A stretch of 64,000 nucleotides of DNA from NCBI GenBank assembly GCA_029856045.1, contig JAHQWG010000016.1, positions 192,001-256,000 of the forward strand. The letters are read 5' to 3'. How positions within the stretch are numbered: the first letter of the stretch is position 1; each line of letters begins with the position of its first letter. Of the stretch, positions 63,841 through 64,000 are shown in pieces. The notes beneath the pieces were generated by a model. That model was not told where the DNA came from. It made no database searches and saw only the letters and a list, made by a program, of their open reading frames with translations. Source of the DNA: Promethearchaeia archaeon. GTDB taxonomy: Archaea > Asgardarchaeota > Lokiarchaeia > Sigyniarchaeales > SOKP01. The position numbers were made by a program, and so were the translations under genes.

Positions 63841-64000
63841 TTGAAAGAAAATAATGAATTGAATTATAAATTTGATATTTCACAATTTTATACGGATTTT
63901 TTGAAAAGTCCTAAAATATTTAAGAATAGGGATGCTTTAAATCCAACTTATATTCCAAATAACCTACCTCATCGTGATATACAGATAAAAAGAATTGCTG
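63841..64000 (+). CDS. cdc6: Cdc6/Orc1 replication initiator (5' part, runs off window end)
   Basis: Manual translation from TTG: MKENNELNYKFDISQFYTDFLKSPKIFKNRDALNPTYIPNNLPHRDIQIKRIA, matching the IF.NR..L...Y.P..LPHR motif. Confidence 0.88.
   Translation, partial: MKENNELNYKFDISQFYTDFLKSPKIFKNRDALNPTYIPNNLPHRDIQIKRIA

Overview
AT-rich archaeal chromosome segment, most likely from an Asgard archaeon (Lokiarchaeia-like). This rests on a Loki-type profilin, a RING-finger protein, Get3-like and PAC4-like proteins, and an expanded 23S rRNA. Main contents: (1) an ~18 kb cluster (6268-24102) with proC, aconitase, two-subunit ATP-citrate lyase, isocitrate dehydrogenase, a probable arginine synthetase (ArcE-like), tungsten AOR, a fused proline-dehydrogenase-type complex, OTC, carbamate kinase and ornithine aminotransferase; (2) information-processing genes (RPA1/RPA2-like, aIF2-beta, Nmd3, Rio1, Dim2, TFB, RpoP, aRF1, NusA-like) plus FtsZ; (3) a stand-alone YcaO near a THUMP-less ThiI; (4) an extended profilin followed by a probable membrane-anchored gelsolin-like protein; (5) a small foreign islet (TnsA fragment plus a GC-richer gene) near a two-intron tRNA-Leu(CAA); (6) an intron-containing initiator tRNA-Met; (7) CoA biosynthesis genes; (8) a stand-alone 23S rRNA gene with a BHB processing stem and a structured leader; (9) a probable replication origin with ORB-like boxes upstream of a window-truncated cdc6/orc1. 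All calls come from motif recognition by eye; no searches were run.
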